64,000 nt of DNA. Source: the human T2T-CHM13v2.0 reference genome, Homo sapiens. Below the pieces are notes generated by a model. That model saw nothing but the letters and a program-made list of their open reading frames with translations. It searched no databases and was not told where the DNA came from. The position numbers were made by a program, and so were the translations under genes. This document shows, piece by piece, positions 1 through 14,771 of the stretch (its first letter is position 1; each line of letters starts with the position of its first letter). The stretch lies in NCBI RefSeq assembly GCF_009914755.1, contig NC_060928.1; one strand, given 5' to 3'.

Positions 1-239
1 GTTGAAGCATGCCCAAAGTGATGCAGGAGATCCTACAGAAAAGTCACCATATGTAAGAGAGCTGAAAAGGGCTTCCGGCAGAACAGTCCAGATTCACTGG
101 GCTGGGTTTGAAAAGCTATGTAGACGTTGTTTTTTTCTGAGAAGATGGAGAAGGAAATTCACATGGAGGGAGAAGCATTTTGTCCGGGATCCTTTAGGGA
201 AGTCTGAAGATGATGTGGCTGTAGTAAAGGTCCCATAGA

Positions 240-586
240 GGGACTGCGAAGAGATGAAGCTGGAAAGGTATTTTGGGGCCATATGGGACAGTCTTTTAAG
301 CCAGCTGGAGTTTTGATTTATGTTTCATTTTCCCATAGGGGAATGACATGCTCTGCATTTGACCCTTTCAATCTATTTGCAAATAGTAGCCAAGTTGAGT
401 CAGATCACTTAACACTTTTGCAAAATCTGTAATGACTTCCATTTTACTCAAAATAAAATCCAACTAACAGTGAATTATAAGACAGTGCATGCTTGCCCCT
501 CCTCCCTCTCATCTCTTATTGAGCTACTCTCTTATCCACTGTAACCCAACCACAATGACCTCATAACTGTTCCTCAAACACTCCAG
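240..586. mobile_element. Degenerate L2 LINE fragments (one minus-strand piece, then one plus-strand piece)
   Basis: 'gagatgaagctggaaaggta...ggagttttgattttat' and 'aaataaaatccaa...ctgttcctcaaacac' resemble the L2 consensus. Confidence 0.5.
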
Positions 587-856
587 AGTCTTCAGCTCTT
601 GAACTCCAGGATTCTCACCAGTGGCCAACAGTTTCTCAGACCTTAGGTTTTGAATTGAGTTACGTCATCAGCTTTCCTGGTTTTAAGGCTTTCAAACATG
701 GATTGGCTTCTCTGATTCTCCAGTTTGCTGACAACCTATCCTGGGACTTTCCTGCCATCATAAGTGAGTAAGTCAATTCCCCTAATAAATCCCATCTCTC
801 ACTTCTCTCTCTCTCTCAATGTACATGTTTCCCTCTGGATAACCCTGGCTAAAACT
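587..856 (+). mobile_element. MLT2 (ERVL) LTR, 3' portion
   Basis: 'gtcaattcccctaataaatccc-(CT)n-tgtttccctctggataaccctggctaa' matches the MLT2 3' end. Confidence 0.7.
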
Positions 857-1435
857 AAGATCCAAACGAACTCTAGGTACTTCTCTACTGTTTGCAATGC
901 CTGAGCAGGACCAGAGTGAGTGTCTGGGGATTTGGGGAGTGCTTAAAGGGATTCCTGCTCTCATTGATTGGAGGGAAAATTTTCTCGCAGTTGGAGAGAA
1001 AAGTTCCAAAGAAACAGGTAGAAAATAGAGAAAAAGGGCTTTCAGATTGACCTGAAATCTCAACATTTTGTTGAAGGAAGAAATCATATTCTCAATGCCA
1101 GTATATGGTCTGGAATTGTTTCACAGGATGGGAAACGAATAGGAACTAGGAACTGCATAGTAAATTGTAATAAATAGTATGATTGGTCCACATGTCTAAG
1201 TGGCTTATGGACTTAGCAAAAAGGACAGAAAGCTAATGAAGCTCTCTGTGATTTAGGATTTAGGATTTAAGTCATGATTAACACAATAACATTTGCTTTC
1301 ATCAGCTGGCTAATACAAAACAGAGTCTCTATCCAGAGATAATAATGATCATGAACAAGTCAGCAATTGCTACCCAAGAGTGAGCAGCACTTTATGTGCC
1401 AGGTACTTTTAATGAAAGTTTTAAATAGTTTAATC

Positions 1436-1660
1436 CAAGAGTTGGCAACATTTTTCTGTAAAGAGCCAGGTGGTAAACATTTTGAAATTCAGGACATAGG
1501 ATCTCTGTCACAACTACCTGACTCTGCTATTACAGCAGAAACACAGCCACAGATGACACGCAAACAAGTTGGCATACTATGTTTTGATAAAACTTTATTT
1601 ACAAAAATAAGAAAAGGCAGTCTCTAGATTTGGCCATGGGCTGTAATTTGATGGCCTCTG
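1436..1660 (-). mobile_element. MER58A (hAT-Charlie) DNA transposon inserted in a MIR remnant
   Basis: 'gttggcaacatttttctgtaaagagccag...aaaactttatttacaaaaa...gatttggccatgggctgtaatttg'. Confidence 0.8.
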
Positions 1661-3799
1661 GTTTGGTTTAGCTGATAGCCTTCCCAGCTCTATGGTATTA
1701 TTTTTAACCCCAATATATTGATTAGGGGACTGGAGCTAAATTAGGGCTAAGCTGAGATATAGAGGGGGGCAGTGTTCTAATACATATCAATATAATTCCA
1801 ATGCCTACATTCTTTATTATACATTGAATTTTTCACTCAGCTGTGACAAATGAATCTGTATTTCTACCATCTATATCCCTTTTTCACCAAAGGAACCGCT
1901 AGTGGAAGATATGTTGGTTTTATTTGCCCTTATTCAGCTCCAAACTTCGGTGGGGACCCTCAGAGATAGCGCATGTTTTCTGTTTCTCAAGTACATTTAC
2001 CTGCTCCAGTGCCCCCAAGGATTTTTGCTAAGTCTACCTATTTGCCCTTTCTTTGTTCTTCTGCCTACATTGAAAGCCTGACATGCGAATTTTATTTTAA
2101 TGTCAACCTCAATTTGTTAATGCTAGAAGCTTTCCTTGTGAACTTCTGAAAAACAAGGGAGTAGATTGAGAACGAAGGGATTACTCATTGAATACTAATT
2201 ATACATGTAATTCCTTCTTGCTGAGAAGAGAAAAAAAGCAACAAGCTGGAAAATTTAAATTTGACCAAGTGGGGCCAAAGAAATAGTAGAAAAGGCAACA
2301 TGGTCTATGAGGAACAATGCTAAGCCAAGGAACTACGATTCATGGATTCACTGGCTATTTTCTCTAAGCTCTGTGGCCTTGAATATGTCACTTTGTTGTC
2401 TCTATTATGGAATATAAACAACCTAATTGAAAAGTATAACCTTTGGAACTTCCCAGAATTTGTTTTTTGTCCTCTGCACATGGATGGAGACATCAAAAGA
2501 AACATGAACCTTGGTAGGCACACATATTTGAGTGCAGCCTCCCAAACTATAAGTAGCACCTAAAGCCTGTCTTTATTACCCTTCTGATCATCTTGTCCCC
2601 TTCCTCATCAAGACCAAGAATGTCACTCCTATGCAGAAGTATTTCTTAGTTTTGCTTTCTAGTGTGAGAAGCAAGAATCTCCCCAACAAACTGGCATCAC
2701 TAACGACGGACCCTTCTTCGGAGATCTGTCCCTAACCTCAAGTAAAATGGCATCTTCTCTCCTGAAAGCCCGGTAGCATACAATAGAGTATTCATGAAAT
2801 TTATAACAGGAATCAGATAGAAGCAGTGACTATTCCCTCAAAGAGTATCAGGGAGGGAAACTCCTAAAGACGGAAACTCTTGGCAACCTAAACTTATAAA
2901 ACAGTCTTCTGAAAAACTATGTAAAACTCTCATATCAGGTACCACCTTAAATAGAAGAGTGATTTTCTAACACTGACTCCAAATAATTACATTAACATGC
3001 AAGCTTCATCTCACCCACTTTTAACATCCTGTATTCCTTAAAATCAGGCATTGAGGGCACATTCTGAGGTTGGCACTAATACAAAAGAAGCAAATTCATA
3101 GTTCCATTGAGATTAATGTGTTTATTTGTATAAGTAAAGGTGTGTGGCCAAATGTCACAACCTTCAACTTGGAAAGCCAGTTTTCTAAAGTAAAATGTAA
3201 ATTTTATTTTTAATGGCATTGGTTGAAAGAAAAAAAGCATTTTGCCTTCCTCCTTCCCAAGAATCCTTTGTACATTTGGGGGATGAATTGTTCCACCATC
3301 TCTTTCGGCTTTAATAATTTATTTTTCCTGGAACTGCTGAGAGTCTTGTTTTTCCACTGGTATTCAAAACTGCTTGGGCTTGGTGCTTCCCCGAGTATAT
3401 AAAACCAGCTTCACAGGAGACTTAGTGGCTCAGATAATGTGACTGCATCCACAGGAGCTTGTTTTGTAGAGCTGGTTAATGTGAAATGCTTTATAAAGAA
3501 CGCCATTATCTGCCTCTAATGGAAGATTTTTCCTTCACCAAATGGAGAATCTCTCTTTCACAGCTCTCAGAGACGTTTAAAAACAGTTCCACTTCTGATT
3601 CCTGTTATATTTATGATCAGGCCCTTAAGATATTGAGGGAGGAAAAAATAAGCATGAGGTCATCCTAACTGAAATTTTAAGTTATATAAATTGGAAGATT
3701 TACTGGGTAACAGTATGCTTTTTATGATTACAGAGTTAATTTGAGTTTTCCAAAAATATATGTTAATTTTAACATATTTTTATATGTTTTATGTTGCTT

Positions 3800-3986
3800 T
3801 TAGTTCAAATAATTGTACATATTTATGGGGTAGAGTGTGATGTTTTGATGCATATGTGCATTGTAGAATGATCAAATCAAAGTGATTAGCATATCTGTTA
3901 TCTCAAACATATCGTTTTTTGTAAGAACATTTAAAATTCTCTCTTCTAGCTGTTTTGGAGTGTTAATGTATTATTGTTGACTATAG
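3800..3986 (-). mobile_element. L1MA-type 3' end fragment
   Basis: 'aattgtacatatttatggggta...aatgatcaaatca...aagaacatttaaaatt'. Confidence 0.7.
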
Positions 3987-4329
3987 AATACTTACATTTG
4001 TTCAGCACTTACCATGTGTTCAGTGCTTTATATTTTATATTTGTTACATCTCACAATCCCTAGAAGAGACATATTGGTATCTTTACCTCACATGAAGAAA
4101 TTCAGAGAAACTAATTGAGTTGTGTAGAACCATTGAGTATTATGGAAACTAAGAGCAAAAATTTTATAATTAGAACACCTATATTCAAACTCCATCTTTA
4201 CCACTTGATGATAAGATTTAAATCTGAGTCTTAGAGGCCGTTCTCTGGGACTGATCTTCTCACTTTTAAAAATGTCGATAATTAATAGGTTATCATAAAA
4301 TAAAAATGTAGTACATAGAATTTAAAAAA

Positions 4330-4930
4330 TACTTTTCACACATGATAGGGAAGATTTGCTAGCTAAAATGTAGGAGAGATTAAAATCTAAGATGGATAAA
4401 AAAATTTAAAAACATCAATACATAATAGGTAAAGTATATTATTAAATAAGTAAATGGAGTAACATAAATAGGTAATAAATATTTTATTGAATTGTCAGTA
4501 AAAATTTTCAAAAGTAAAAAATAATATTATGTTATTCTAGTGTGTGAATAAAGGAGAGTAAACGATATTTAACAATAGAGGAACAAGTACTTTTATAAGC
4601 AAGTATAGCAGTCAGCACACTTTTGCCATAGGGTAGGTTTCTAATATTTTCTTATATATTCTACTATTAAAACATGGAATATTTATTTATCCCAAAGAGA
4701 CAGATAGAAATATCAGGATATAGAAATGAAATGTGAAACATCATTTATATTTTTTGAAATCTTGGGAAATACCTAAAGGTAATTAAAAATAGGGGATTAG
4801 TTAATTTATGGTAAATCCAAACAATGAAATTACCTTAGTCTACATAAAAATGTGACTGGTAAATGTATTTATTAACTTAGAAAAATCCCTTATGTATTAA
4901 GTAAAAAAGAACAGTATAAAAAATGCAGTT
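4330..4930 (+). mobile_element. Highly diverged L1ME-like fragments
   Basis: A-rich sequence with L1 3' motifs ('aaataggggattagttaatttatggtaaatcca'). Confidence 0.45.
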
Positions 4931-5355
4931 TGTTATTTTAAAATGATATGCTATTACTATTCGCAATAAAAGATATCTGAGCACTGTGTGCCAGATATTG
5001 CACTAGTACTAAACACATACATGTGTGTGCATATATGTGTATAATTGTATATATACATGTGTTAATTAACTCTGAGTGATGTTTTCTTATTCCTAATCTA
5101 CAAATAGGAATATAGGAATACAAGATTAAGGAATTTGCACAACATAACTCAGTTAGTATGTGTCTCTACCAGGATTTGAACACAGTAATATCTGATTTCA
5201 AACAAGACATAAAAATCACTGGGTTCCAAATTTATTTATTTATTTTACTCAACCCATATGAGTGTGTGCATAAAATATGCATACATAAATCCCATGAAAA
5301 CTCGTAATCATCAATAAACTCTAAACATAATTAAGACAGTGGGTACAATCCCTAG

Positions 5356-5702
5356 TGTTATGGACTGAATGTTTGTGTACCCTCAAAATTCACGTGTTGA
5401 AACCCTAAAGCTCATCACGATGGTGTTTAGAAGAGAACCTTTGGGAGGTGATTAAGGTTAGAGAAGTTATGAGGCTGGGGCCCTTATGGTGGGATTAGTG
5501 CCCTTATAAGAAGAGACACCACAGAGCTTACTCTCTCTTTCTCCACCATATGAGGCAAGAACACAGATATCTACAAGCCAGAAAGAATCCTCTCCAGAAC
5601 TTCATATTCTGGCGTCCTAATCCTGGACTTCCAACTTCCAGAATTGTAATAAATCAATGTCTGTTGCTTAAGGCACCCAGTATTGTATCATAGCAGCCAG
5701 CT
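5356..5702 (+). mobile_element. MLT1A-like MaLR solo LTR
   Basis: Starts 'tgttatggactgaatgtttgtg'; contains 'gggattagtgcccttataagaagagacacc'. Confidence 0.85.
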
Positions 5703-6169
5703 TGTTAGAAAGAAGTATATAAATCTCTATTTCAAATAATTTTTTCTGGACATTTTTAAAATTACTTGGTAGCTTCTTACATCAGATAATATCATCATTA
5801 TTTTACAGATATATTGTTGCTAAAGATGAACTTGTATTTGCAGGAGGACAAACACGAACTCTGCTAGATTCTTGGCTGGGATTTCTAAGCCATTTTTTGT
5901 TATCATGTGCCAATTAGTTCACATAAACTAGATAATATACACTGAAAATCCATGAACTATGCCAGCCTAAAGTACCTGATGTCACAATAAGAAAAATGAA
6001 AATAAACAAGGGAGGAGATCAAATTCTCTACTTTTGAAGTTTTATTGTTTTACTAATATGCCTCTGGTGTTTGACATTTAACTTGGCCAGATTTAAGAAA
6101 ATTTAATAGAGTCTGGTTCTCTAGCTGCATTCTGAAGCAGAATGAGATATAAGACAAAGAAGTAGGAAG

Positions 6170-7800
6170 TTGGCTCTACATTTTTCTTTGTTTCTCTGTA
6201 TTAAATGTATGTTATTTCTCTGGATGCCTAAAGATTATTCTTTATCACTTATTTTGCCACTAATTTATTTCAATTTTTTCCCTTCTCTCTTCTTTCCTGA
6301 CACTCCAATTATATGCATGCTACATCACTTAATGTTGTCCCACTGATTATAGATAGATAGTATATGACTATTAAGTGTATAAAGATAATTTTATTACATG
6401 TAAAATATCATAAATATATATTTGCTATATAGTATATATGTATATAAATATGTATTATATTGTAAATACTTTTAATTATAGCTATTAATTAAATATATAA
6501 TTCATATATAATTATACTGTTTATTTTAATCATAATTCATTTTATTTTATAATTTATTTGAGTAAATTATAATATAAAATACAAATTATATATATAATTT
6601 TCAAAAATCAGTAAGTACATTAAAAATCACATTATTAAGTGAATATAATTTTATTTTGAAATTACCTGTATCTATCTATATCTGTATCCCTCTATCTCTA
6701 TCATATAGTATTCATTTTCTTCGTGGTTCATTTTAGATAATTTCTCTGGCACTGTCTTCATGTTGTTAATCTTTTCTTTATAAGTGTCTAAACTACTGTT
6801 GGTCATCTACTGCTAGTGATGATCTCTGTCATTTTAAGATTGGGTTTTTACAGGAAAATTTTTCTCCAATGCGTTACATTTTTAATATTTTTTCATAGAC
6901 TAATTTTCATAATTTTTCATAGACTAATATTCTTTAACTCAATGCTATACTTTATGAATTTTAAGTTCCTTATTGCTAGGTTTTATTTCATTCTGTTAAA
7001 AAGTATTGGGCTTTATCTGGCAGGTAATTTAGTTATTTTTGTGTTACATTAATAATTTTGACAGTTGTTTTTTAAGAGTATTTTGGGGTGGTGGTGAACA
7101 GGTGAAGTTAGAATAGTGTTTATTCTAAAAAATATTAACCCCCCTAAGAACACTAAGCACGTGGCTCCCCTATTGTCACTACTGATGGCACTGCTTATTC
7201 CACAAGGTCTCTGCTGGACACCTAATGATATACAATATAATGCTATCTGTAATAATCTTTTGGATTATAAAGTTTCTTTTCTTGGGAACTTTCCTTGTTT
7301 GACCTTGTGGGTTTTAATTCTATACCTAAACAGAACACCAGATAGCATACACTGAAGATCCACTAAACTAGGCCAGCCAAAATGATCTAGTAATACATGA
7401 ACAGGTTATATTCAAATAAAGTTTCACGAGGACCTATGTGAAAATATCTGGAACTCCGTTTCTACACATCTCCCTTGTTTGGGGCACTCCCTCCAACACA
7501 GTCTAGCTGCTTTTTCCTCCTTTAACTCTGACCCAGGCCTCCTTTATTCAGCAAGATTGCTGGTATCTGGTTGGTTTCTGCTGCCTCCCCCTCATTCAGT
7601 AATTTCCTCCAGTCAAAAGCTACAGCAATCCTGAGACTCACGTTGTTTTCTTTCCTTTTTTCAGGGGTCACTTTTTTTGCTGCATGTTGTCCAATGTTTT
7701 AAAATAGTTATTTTCTACATTCTGTCCATGTCTATTTAGTTTAACATTGCAAGAGAGCATTTTTGGACTATTTCATTCCATCATGATCAGAACCTGAAAT
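6170..7800 (-). mobile_element. L1ME-type 5' region/ORF1 remnant with an internal AT-rich expansion
   Basis: 7430-7800 follows the L1MEf/g 5'-end consensus ('ctccagtcaaaagctacagcaatc...tcaggggtcac...tccatcatgatcagaac'). Confidence 0.6.
6350..6700. repeat. AT-rich low-complexity tract
   Basis: Degenerate TA/TAA repeats with almost no G or C. Confidence 0.8.
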
Positions 7801-8152
7801 TAAAAATTCATATTGTTTGCTAGTTTTTCATTTCAAATTATGTCCAGCCATGTTGTATACATCTTATTAGTGATTCTACAGTAAGACTAAATGCTATAGA
7901 ATGACCAAAATGCAAATGATGTAAAGATGTTCTTAAATTCAAACTAAACTGTATCCCAAAATTTCTGGAAGAAATTAAAGTCCAAAAATTAAAATAATAA
8001 CTTCACAAGTTATGAAACTTAACTTAGAAAGTTAAGCAAAGGAATTAATGCTTAAAATAAAATTTTTCTTTTTTGTTTATTAAAGTTTAAGAAAATTCAA
8101 GTCTAAAATTCACTCTTTCAACTTCCTATATGGGCTCAGTTTCCTCGGGATT

Positions 8153-8176
8153 CCTCTCTCTCTCTCTCTCTCTCTT
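8153..8176. repeat. (CT)n microsatellite
   Basis: Seen directly. Confidence 0.9.
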
Positions 8177-8298
8177 TCTTTCCTTCCCTCTTTTTCTAAC
8201 TCTTTGTTTTAGATCCATGAAAAATGTCTTATTTCTTAAAGAGTCCAAATAGAATTTACAATATTGTATAGTGCCGTCTGACAGAGAGTGTCACTTGA

Positions 8299-8880
<582 letters not shown>

Positions 8881-8989
8881 TTTCTACTGCTCTTTACTGT
8901 GGAATTATCTCCTAGACCAACTTTTTTTTCCCTATGAAAAATTATTTAATCCAAAGCCATCTGGCAGGGATAAGCTTATGGATAGGGTC

Positions 8990-9520
8990 AAGTTCAGGGC
9001 CCATGGGGGATGGGGGATGAAGTTTCCACCATTTGAAGCATCCTCTGCCACACACACATCAAACAATATAAAATGATAACAAAATCAGCTATGAACATTG
9101 TCCCGCTCCTTTGTATAATGCCTTTGGGTGGGTCAGCACAGAGAATGGAAGCGGTATTCTTAGAAGCCATGCCTACACCAGAATGTCTAACAACACATGA
9201 CCCTCGTGAAAGTGATCACAAGCCACAAAGATATATCCCACTCAACTCAAACTAAAACTGTGTCTGGTTTAATTTCCCGTTAGTCGGATCCCAGAAATGT
9301 CCATGTCTGTTCCCTTCCCAACCTTCTCCTGAGGAAGAGAGATGAAGGGGAAGATGGAGTCCAAATAAGCAGTCGTCACAACCAATTGTGGATACAATGT
9401 CTTACTTTTGCCAATTTTACAAAATATATGACCTTATGAATACATCACTGAAAACTCTCAGAGAGGCCTGGAAAGGAGTTTGTGTTTCTTAGCTTCAGCA
9501 CATATCTTCAGAAGTGTGTC
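8990..9520 (+). mobile_element. MER115-like (hAT-Tip100) DNA transposon remnant
   Basis: 'aattttacaaaatatatgaccttatgaatacatc...ggcctggaaagg' resembles the recalled MER115 consensus. Confidence 0.5.
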
Positions 9521-10469
9521 TGTGAATCCAAGGCTGGTTCCTGTCCCTGAAAGAAGATTGGCATCTGAAGCACCTGACTTAACCCTACCTGCCTACTTTT
9601 GAAATAATAATTTGAAGCCAAGGCCCCAGTATTTCAGTGCAGTTCATGGACAACTCATGCATCTAAAATTGGAAGGCAGAGAATATTACTCTATCCCTGA
9701 ATGACTAAAAGGCCTAGAAGACTTTTCATCTTATTGTGAAATGTTTGCCTGGGCTAAAGCTATTTGGGTAAAGCTGAGTCATAGCTCAAGATCAAGATGT
9801 AGCAGCTTGGCCCACCGTCTGCTGAGGCCAGTTGTAGTCTAGTCTGTGTTCGTGGTTAGGCTTTATGGAGCAAGCAACTGCTGTGGCCAATGTCGTCGGC
9901 AGGGTACTAAGTGCAAAGCTTTTGGAATTTGTTATCAAAGTCTAAGAGCTACTGGGTGCTTCCCACAAATTGAGCAGGCAGTCCTCAGCTTTACTGAAGT
10001 CTTCATTTTTGCTGAGGCTAACATGCCCAATATTTTCATCTCAGACCATATCCTCCATGATTTTGTTCCATCCCAGGACTTCTATTCCACTACTGATTCC
10101 AACGTCTATCCTTTTCCTGAGTCCTGAGGCCCATGCCTCTCCTAAGGTTTCCCCTTTCTTAAAAGAAATAAAGTCCAGGATCCTATTGCATAAGGGCTTG
10201 TATATACGCTGTTGCTTCTACAAAACAAACATCTTGTCTTTGCACAAAATTGCCCTAAATTACAGAAATCAATTAAGTTCTACGTGTCGTGTGCTCTGAG
10301 GTCTAAGCCGAGTGCTCACAAAGCAGTAGATAAAATCCAGTGGAAAAAAAGTAGCCTTGTATTTCAGCATGAACCTGTGTGAATCATGAGGCTTAAAATG
10401 CCATACCCACACAATAGGACCAACATAAGATATGCTGACCCCCAAAAAAGATTAATGTTAAGGATATTA

Positions 10470-11050
10470 ATATTGTAGACATAATGCCAGGGTTGGAATC
10501 CTTGCTCTGCCATTTACTAGGTATGTGACATTAGGCAACTTGCCTCCTTTATCTGCACTTAAAAATCCTCTTCACTGTAATAAGGATAACACTCTAATAC
10601 AGTAACATTATATTGTATGATAACATTGCTATAGAATGAATGATGGTGTCTCCACAAAATTAATATGATGAAACATAATCTCCATGAGTTGGTATTAGGA
10701 AGTAAGGTCTTAGAGAGGTGATTAGGTCATGACAGTAGATTTTTTGTGTATTGCTACTCTCACAAGGGACTGAAGAGACCACAGTTCCCCCTTCTACCAC
10801 GTGAAGACATAGCAAGAAGACAGCCATCTAGGAAAATAGGAAGCAGGCTCTTACTGTATCCCAAATCTGCTAGTGCAATGATCTTGAGCTTACCAGCCTC
10901 CACACGTAAAATCCATTTCTGTTGTTTATAAGCTACCCAGTCTATGGTAATTTGTTATAGTAGCCTGAATAGACTATGATAAGCATTATGATATAGCACT
11001 GTTATGAAGATTAAACAAGTTCATTTATGTAATTCACATAGTTCTTTATG
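10470..11050 (+). mobile_element. MIR split by an MLT1A0 insertion
   Basis: MIR core 'gggttggaatccttgctctgccatttactaggtatgtgac'; resumes with 'tgttatgaagattaaa' after the LTR. Confidence 0.65.
10627..10981 (+). mobile_element. MLT1A0-like MaLR solo LTR
   Basis: 'tgctatagaatgaatg' to 'tgttatagtagcctgaatagactatgata'; 5-bp TSD aacat/agcat. Confidence 0.85.
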
Positions 11051-11809
11051 AGTATTCGTTAAGTATATTACACACACACATACATACATGTATGCGTACA
11101 TAGATACATTAATTAATTAATCATAGTCTATTTCTCAAAGTTGCCAGATGAATTCACCCAATGAAACGAGGTCACCGCTCAGACTTCAGATCCTTCACTG
11201 CCATCACCAATATCTTAGAGAAAGAGCCTTTACTCCTTCAGCTTTACTTTTACAGCTTATTGCATGGCACCATCTGCCCCAATCCTTCTGGCCCATACTC
11301 CTTAAGTTGGGGTATGAAGAGGCTCAATGATTTGTCATCCCTCTCACTTCTCTTAGTTCTGAACAGAGAAATAAGATAAGAAATAAGATAAGTAAGGCAG
11401 ATGAGACTAAAATACCGACTTTATTACTGAGAAAGCTGATGTTAGTGAAGGTGGCTTATATTTGTGTTCCTCTAGGCTTTGTAATACTGATGCTTAAATT
11501 TAAGGAATTTACCCACTCAATGTGACTACCCCTACCTGGAACAGGTCTCTCTACACGTTTCATGTGTGTACATGTATGTATGTGTGTGTTTCATCCTGTA
11601 GAACTTATGACAACAAGAAGTAGAGCAGAACATATAGTCCTGAAGGGATCTTATATCCAAGCATAATGGAAGAAGGAATGGCTTGACTATGCATCTCCGA
11701 TTTCTTCTTCCAAACTCACCAATCAGGAAGTTCCTCACTAACAGGGAGGAGGAAGTGATAGGATGAGAAGAGGTCAAAAGTATTAGGCTAAGAGATGGCC
11801 ACTGAAACA

Positions 11810-12270
11810 CTGAATCAAACAAAACTCATGCAAACTCAGTGGCCAAAAATAGCAATCACTTATTCACATGCATCTGAATCTCAGATGAGTATTGGATGAT
11901 CTAGGCTGACCTCAACTGAGTTACTTTGCCTCAACCTGCAGGTTTGGCTATGCCTGAATGAGGTGACTCTACTCCATGTAGGCTTATCCTGGGGCCCAGG
12001 CTGAAGGGACAGAAATGACAGAGAAAACTCTTTTCAAGGCAATAGCAGAAGCACAAGGGAGAGAGAGGATGAAAACACACAAGGCCGCTTGAGACCTAGA
12101 TTCCTACCTGGCACACTGTCACATCCACCCCTGTGCTATTTAACAAAGGAAGTCACTTGGCCACGTCCAGAGTCAAGAGGTAGGAATACTCTACACCCAG
12201 GATGAGGCCACAGCAATGGAGTGATGCAGGGAAGAGTGAAGAACTGGGACCAGTGATCCATCCATCTCAA
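11810..12270 (-). mobile_element. MLT1H-like MaLR LTR
   Basis: 'ggggcccaggctgaaggg...ctggcacactgtcac...aagtcacttggcca...gagtgaagaactgggacc'. Confidence 0.7.
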
Positions 12271-14443
12271 GTCCCTAATCAAACTGGCACACTCAACACA
12301 ATTTCCAGTGTCGATCTCTGTATTAAATTCCACTTATAGCATAGGTACCCATTTTCTAAACAACAACATTCTCTAAACAACAACAGCAAGAAAACAAAAT
12401 TATCCTTGCATAAATTAATAATGTCTAGTATATGGTAGATATTCAATAATTTGTTGAAGAATGAAAAATAAAGGAATGAATGATGAATAGTTGTATGCCT
12501 TGAATGTTACTTAAATTCATTAATCCTTCTTGTTATTCAAATACAATTACAAACATTTAGCTATTTACAGTTGTTGTGAGTAAAGAATACTGTGTTATTA
12601 TTAATTCATGAGTTAGTACATTGATTTGCAAAGGTGCTTTTTAAACTTTTTTTCTTAATTTCTCCACAACTCTGATTACAGATGGAATCTCAATCTTTGA
12701 GATTTAAAGTTTTTTTTCTTAATTTCTCTGCAACTCTTATTATAGGTAGAATCTCCATCTTGGCCTTTGTTTTCCTCTACCAAATTTCTAATTTGTCATT
12801 TATAAAAGTACTCTCTGTAACATGCTGTAACTTTAAGGCTTTTTTTTTTTTCTATTCCTTAATCTTTTGTTCAGGACTCTGAAATTTAATGGTATAACTT
12901 CAAAAATGAGAATAAGTGGCCAAAAACGGCACACTTTACAACTATAAGACCTTGTTTTCAAATAGACAGATTATATCTTGATTGTATGTTATTGGGTTTA
13001 TTTTTAAATTTTTTTAAAAAGATGAAATATCTATTACAACCTAAAGGAATAAGAAAAATATTGTGACAATGTAAATGTCAACTGTGACTGGAGATCTGGA
13101 GATTGACTGAGAGTCCCTATTTTTAATAAATTTGCATGGATGTGGTAAGACTCAAAGCACTTTTGAGCAATCATCAGAATATATAAATAAATATGAATGT
13201 AAATGACATCAAAATACCTGGGTTGGGAGGATCAGCACAGTTTAAAATCAGTTGAATTTCGTAAGCATTTATTGAGCACGTACTAAATTCACAACATCGA
13301 GTTGAACCTTGCGGGTACATACAGATGGAAATGCCACATGACTAGAGGCACTGAAGAACTCTCTTATGAACTCACTGACCTAAATCACTCAGTCCAGTTT
13401 TTTGAGCTTTATGTATCTCCATCGTTAAGCGACACATGACGGTAATATGTGGAGGCATCAGGGATTTGATGTGGACATATCTTTGGCAGACACCCTTCAA
13501 CCCACTCCAGAGGTCCAAATAACCCTTCTCCTTGCTCTACTCCACTGTTTAAAAAACTTTAAGGGCTTTAACCCTGTTTAATCTGGCCAACATGTGCACC
13601 ACAACCTGTCTTCTGACCTCTTCCCACATTTTCTGTCATTCACTAAACAACCACATTGACCTTTTATTTGTAGACATACATAACACATATTCATTAGCAC
13701 ATGTATACATATAGAGAAAAAAATAGAATAACTTACTCTCAAGGAACCTGCAGCCTAGTTCATAAGTGTGAAATCAGTCATTCAATTAAATGTAGAGTGA
13801 GATTGTGAGGCATGAGCCATTAACTCGACCTGACTGACCATTGTTAAGGAGGTCAGGAGAAATTTCAGAAAAACCATAGCATTTTAACCAAACCCTAGAG
13901 AATAAAAAACAATTAACTGAGAGATGAGGAAGGAGGGTGCATGTTTCCTACTAATAAAGAAAGAGCTGTGGAAATCCCTAACATAATGTGAATCCTAATA
14001 TTCTGATGGATTCTATTCAAGGTCTTGCCCAATTCTTAATTTTCAGCAAATGTTTTACACAAAAGCCTTGACTATGACAATCTTTCAAGAAAACCAGGAG
14101 AAAGGCCGTAACTGCATGTTAACTGTGCCTCATCCAGTGGAAGCCCACTCTAGTATTGAGATGTTTATGCTTGAGAATGAATGTAACCTGATTTTATAAA
14201 ATGGTCAAATAGCATCATACTATACACCCACTTTAGATATAGGTTAAGAAGTTATTAATCCACAAATAAAATGAAAGGCAAAAGAACATTCATTAAGATT
14301 CAATTGTTTAAAAGACTATAAGCAATAGTCTGCTTGTACATTATACATTATGAATAACAAAATTCTTGAGCACATACTATCTGCTTGTTACATATATTAT
14401 CTCATAACATGCTTCATCCTGTGAAGAAGGTTGTGAAGAAGGT

Positions 14444-14771
14444 TGATACGGTTTTGTCGTGTCCCCACCCAAATCTTATCTTGAATTGTAATTCCCATAA
14501 TCCCCACATGTCATGGGAGGGAACCTGTGGGAGGTAGTTTAATCAAGGGGCAGTTACCCTCATGCTGTTCTTGTGATAGTGAGTGAGTTCTCACAAGATA
14601 TGATACTTTTAAGGGGCTTTTCCCTCTTTTGTTTGGCATTTCTTATTGCTGCCACCACGTGAAGAACGATGTGTTTGCTTCCCCTTCCGCCATAATTGTA
14701 AGTTTCCGGAGGCCTTGCTAGCCATGCAGAACTGTGAGTCAATTAAACCTATTTCCTTTATAAATTACCCA
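14444..14771 (+). mobile_element. THE1 (C/D-like) LTR lacking its last ~40 bp
   Basis: 'tgatacggttttgtcgtgtccccacccaaatc' to 'tttataaattaccca'. Confidence 0.9.
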
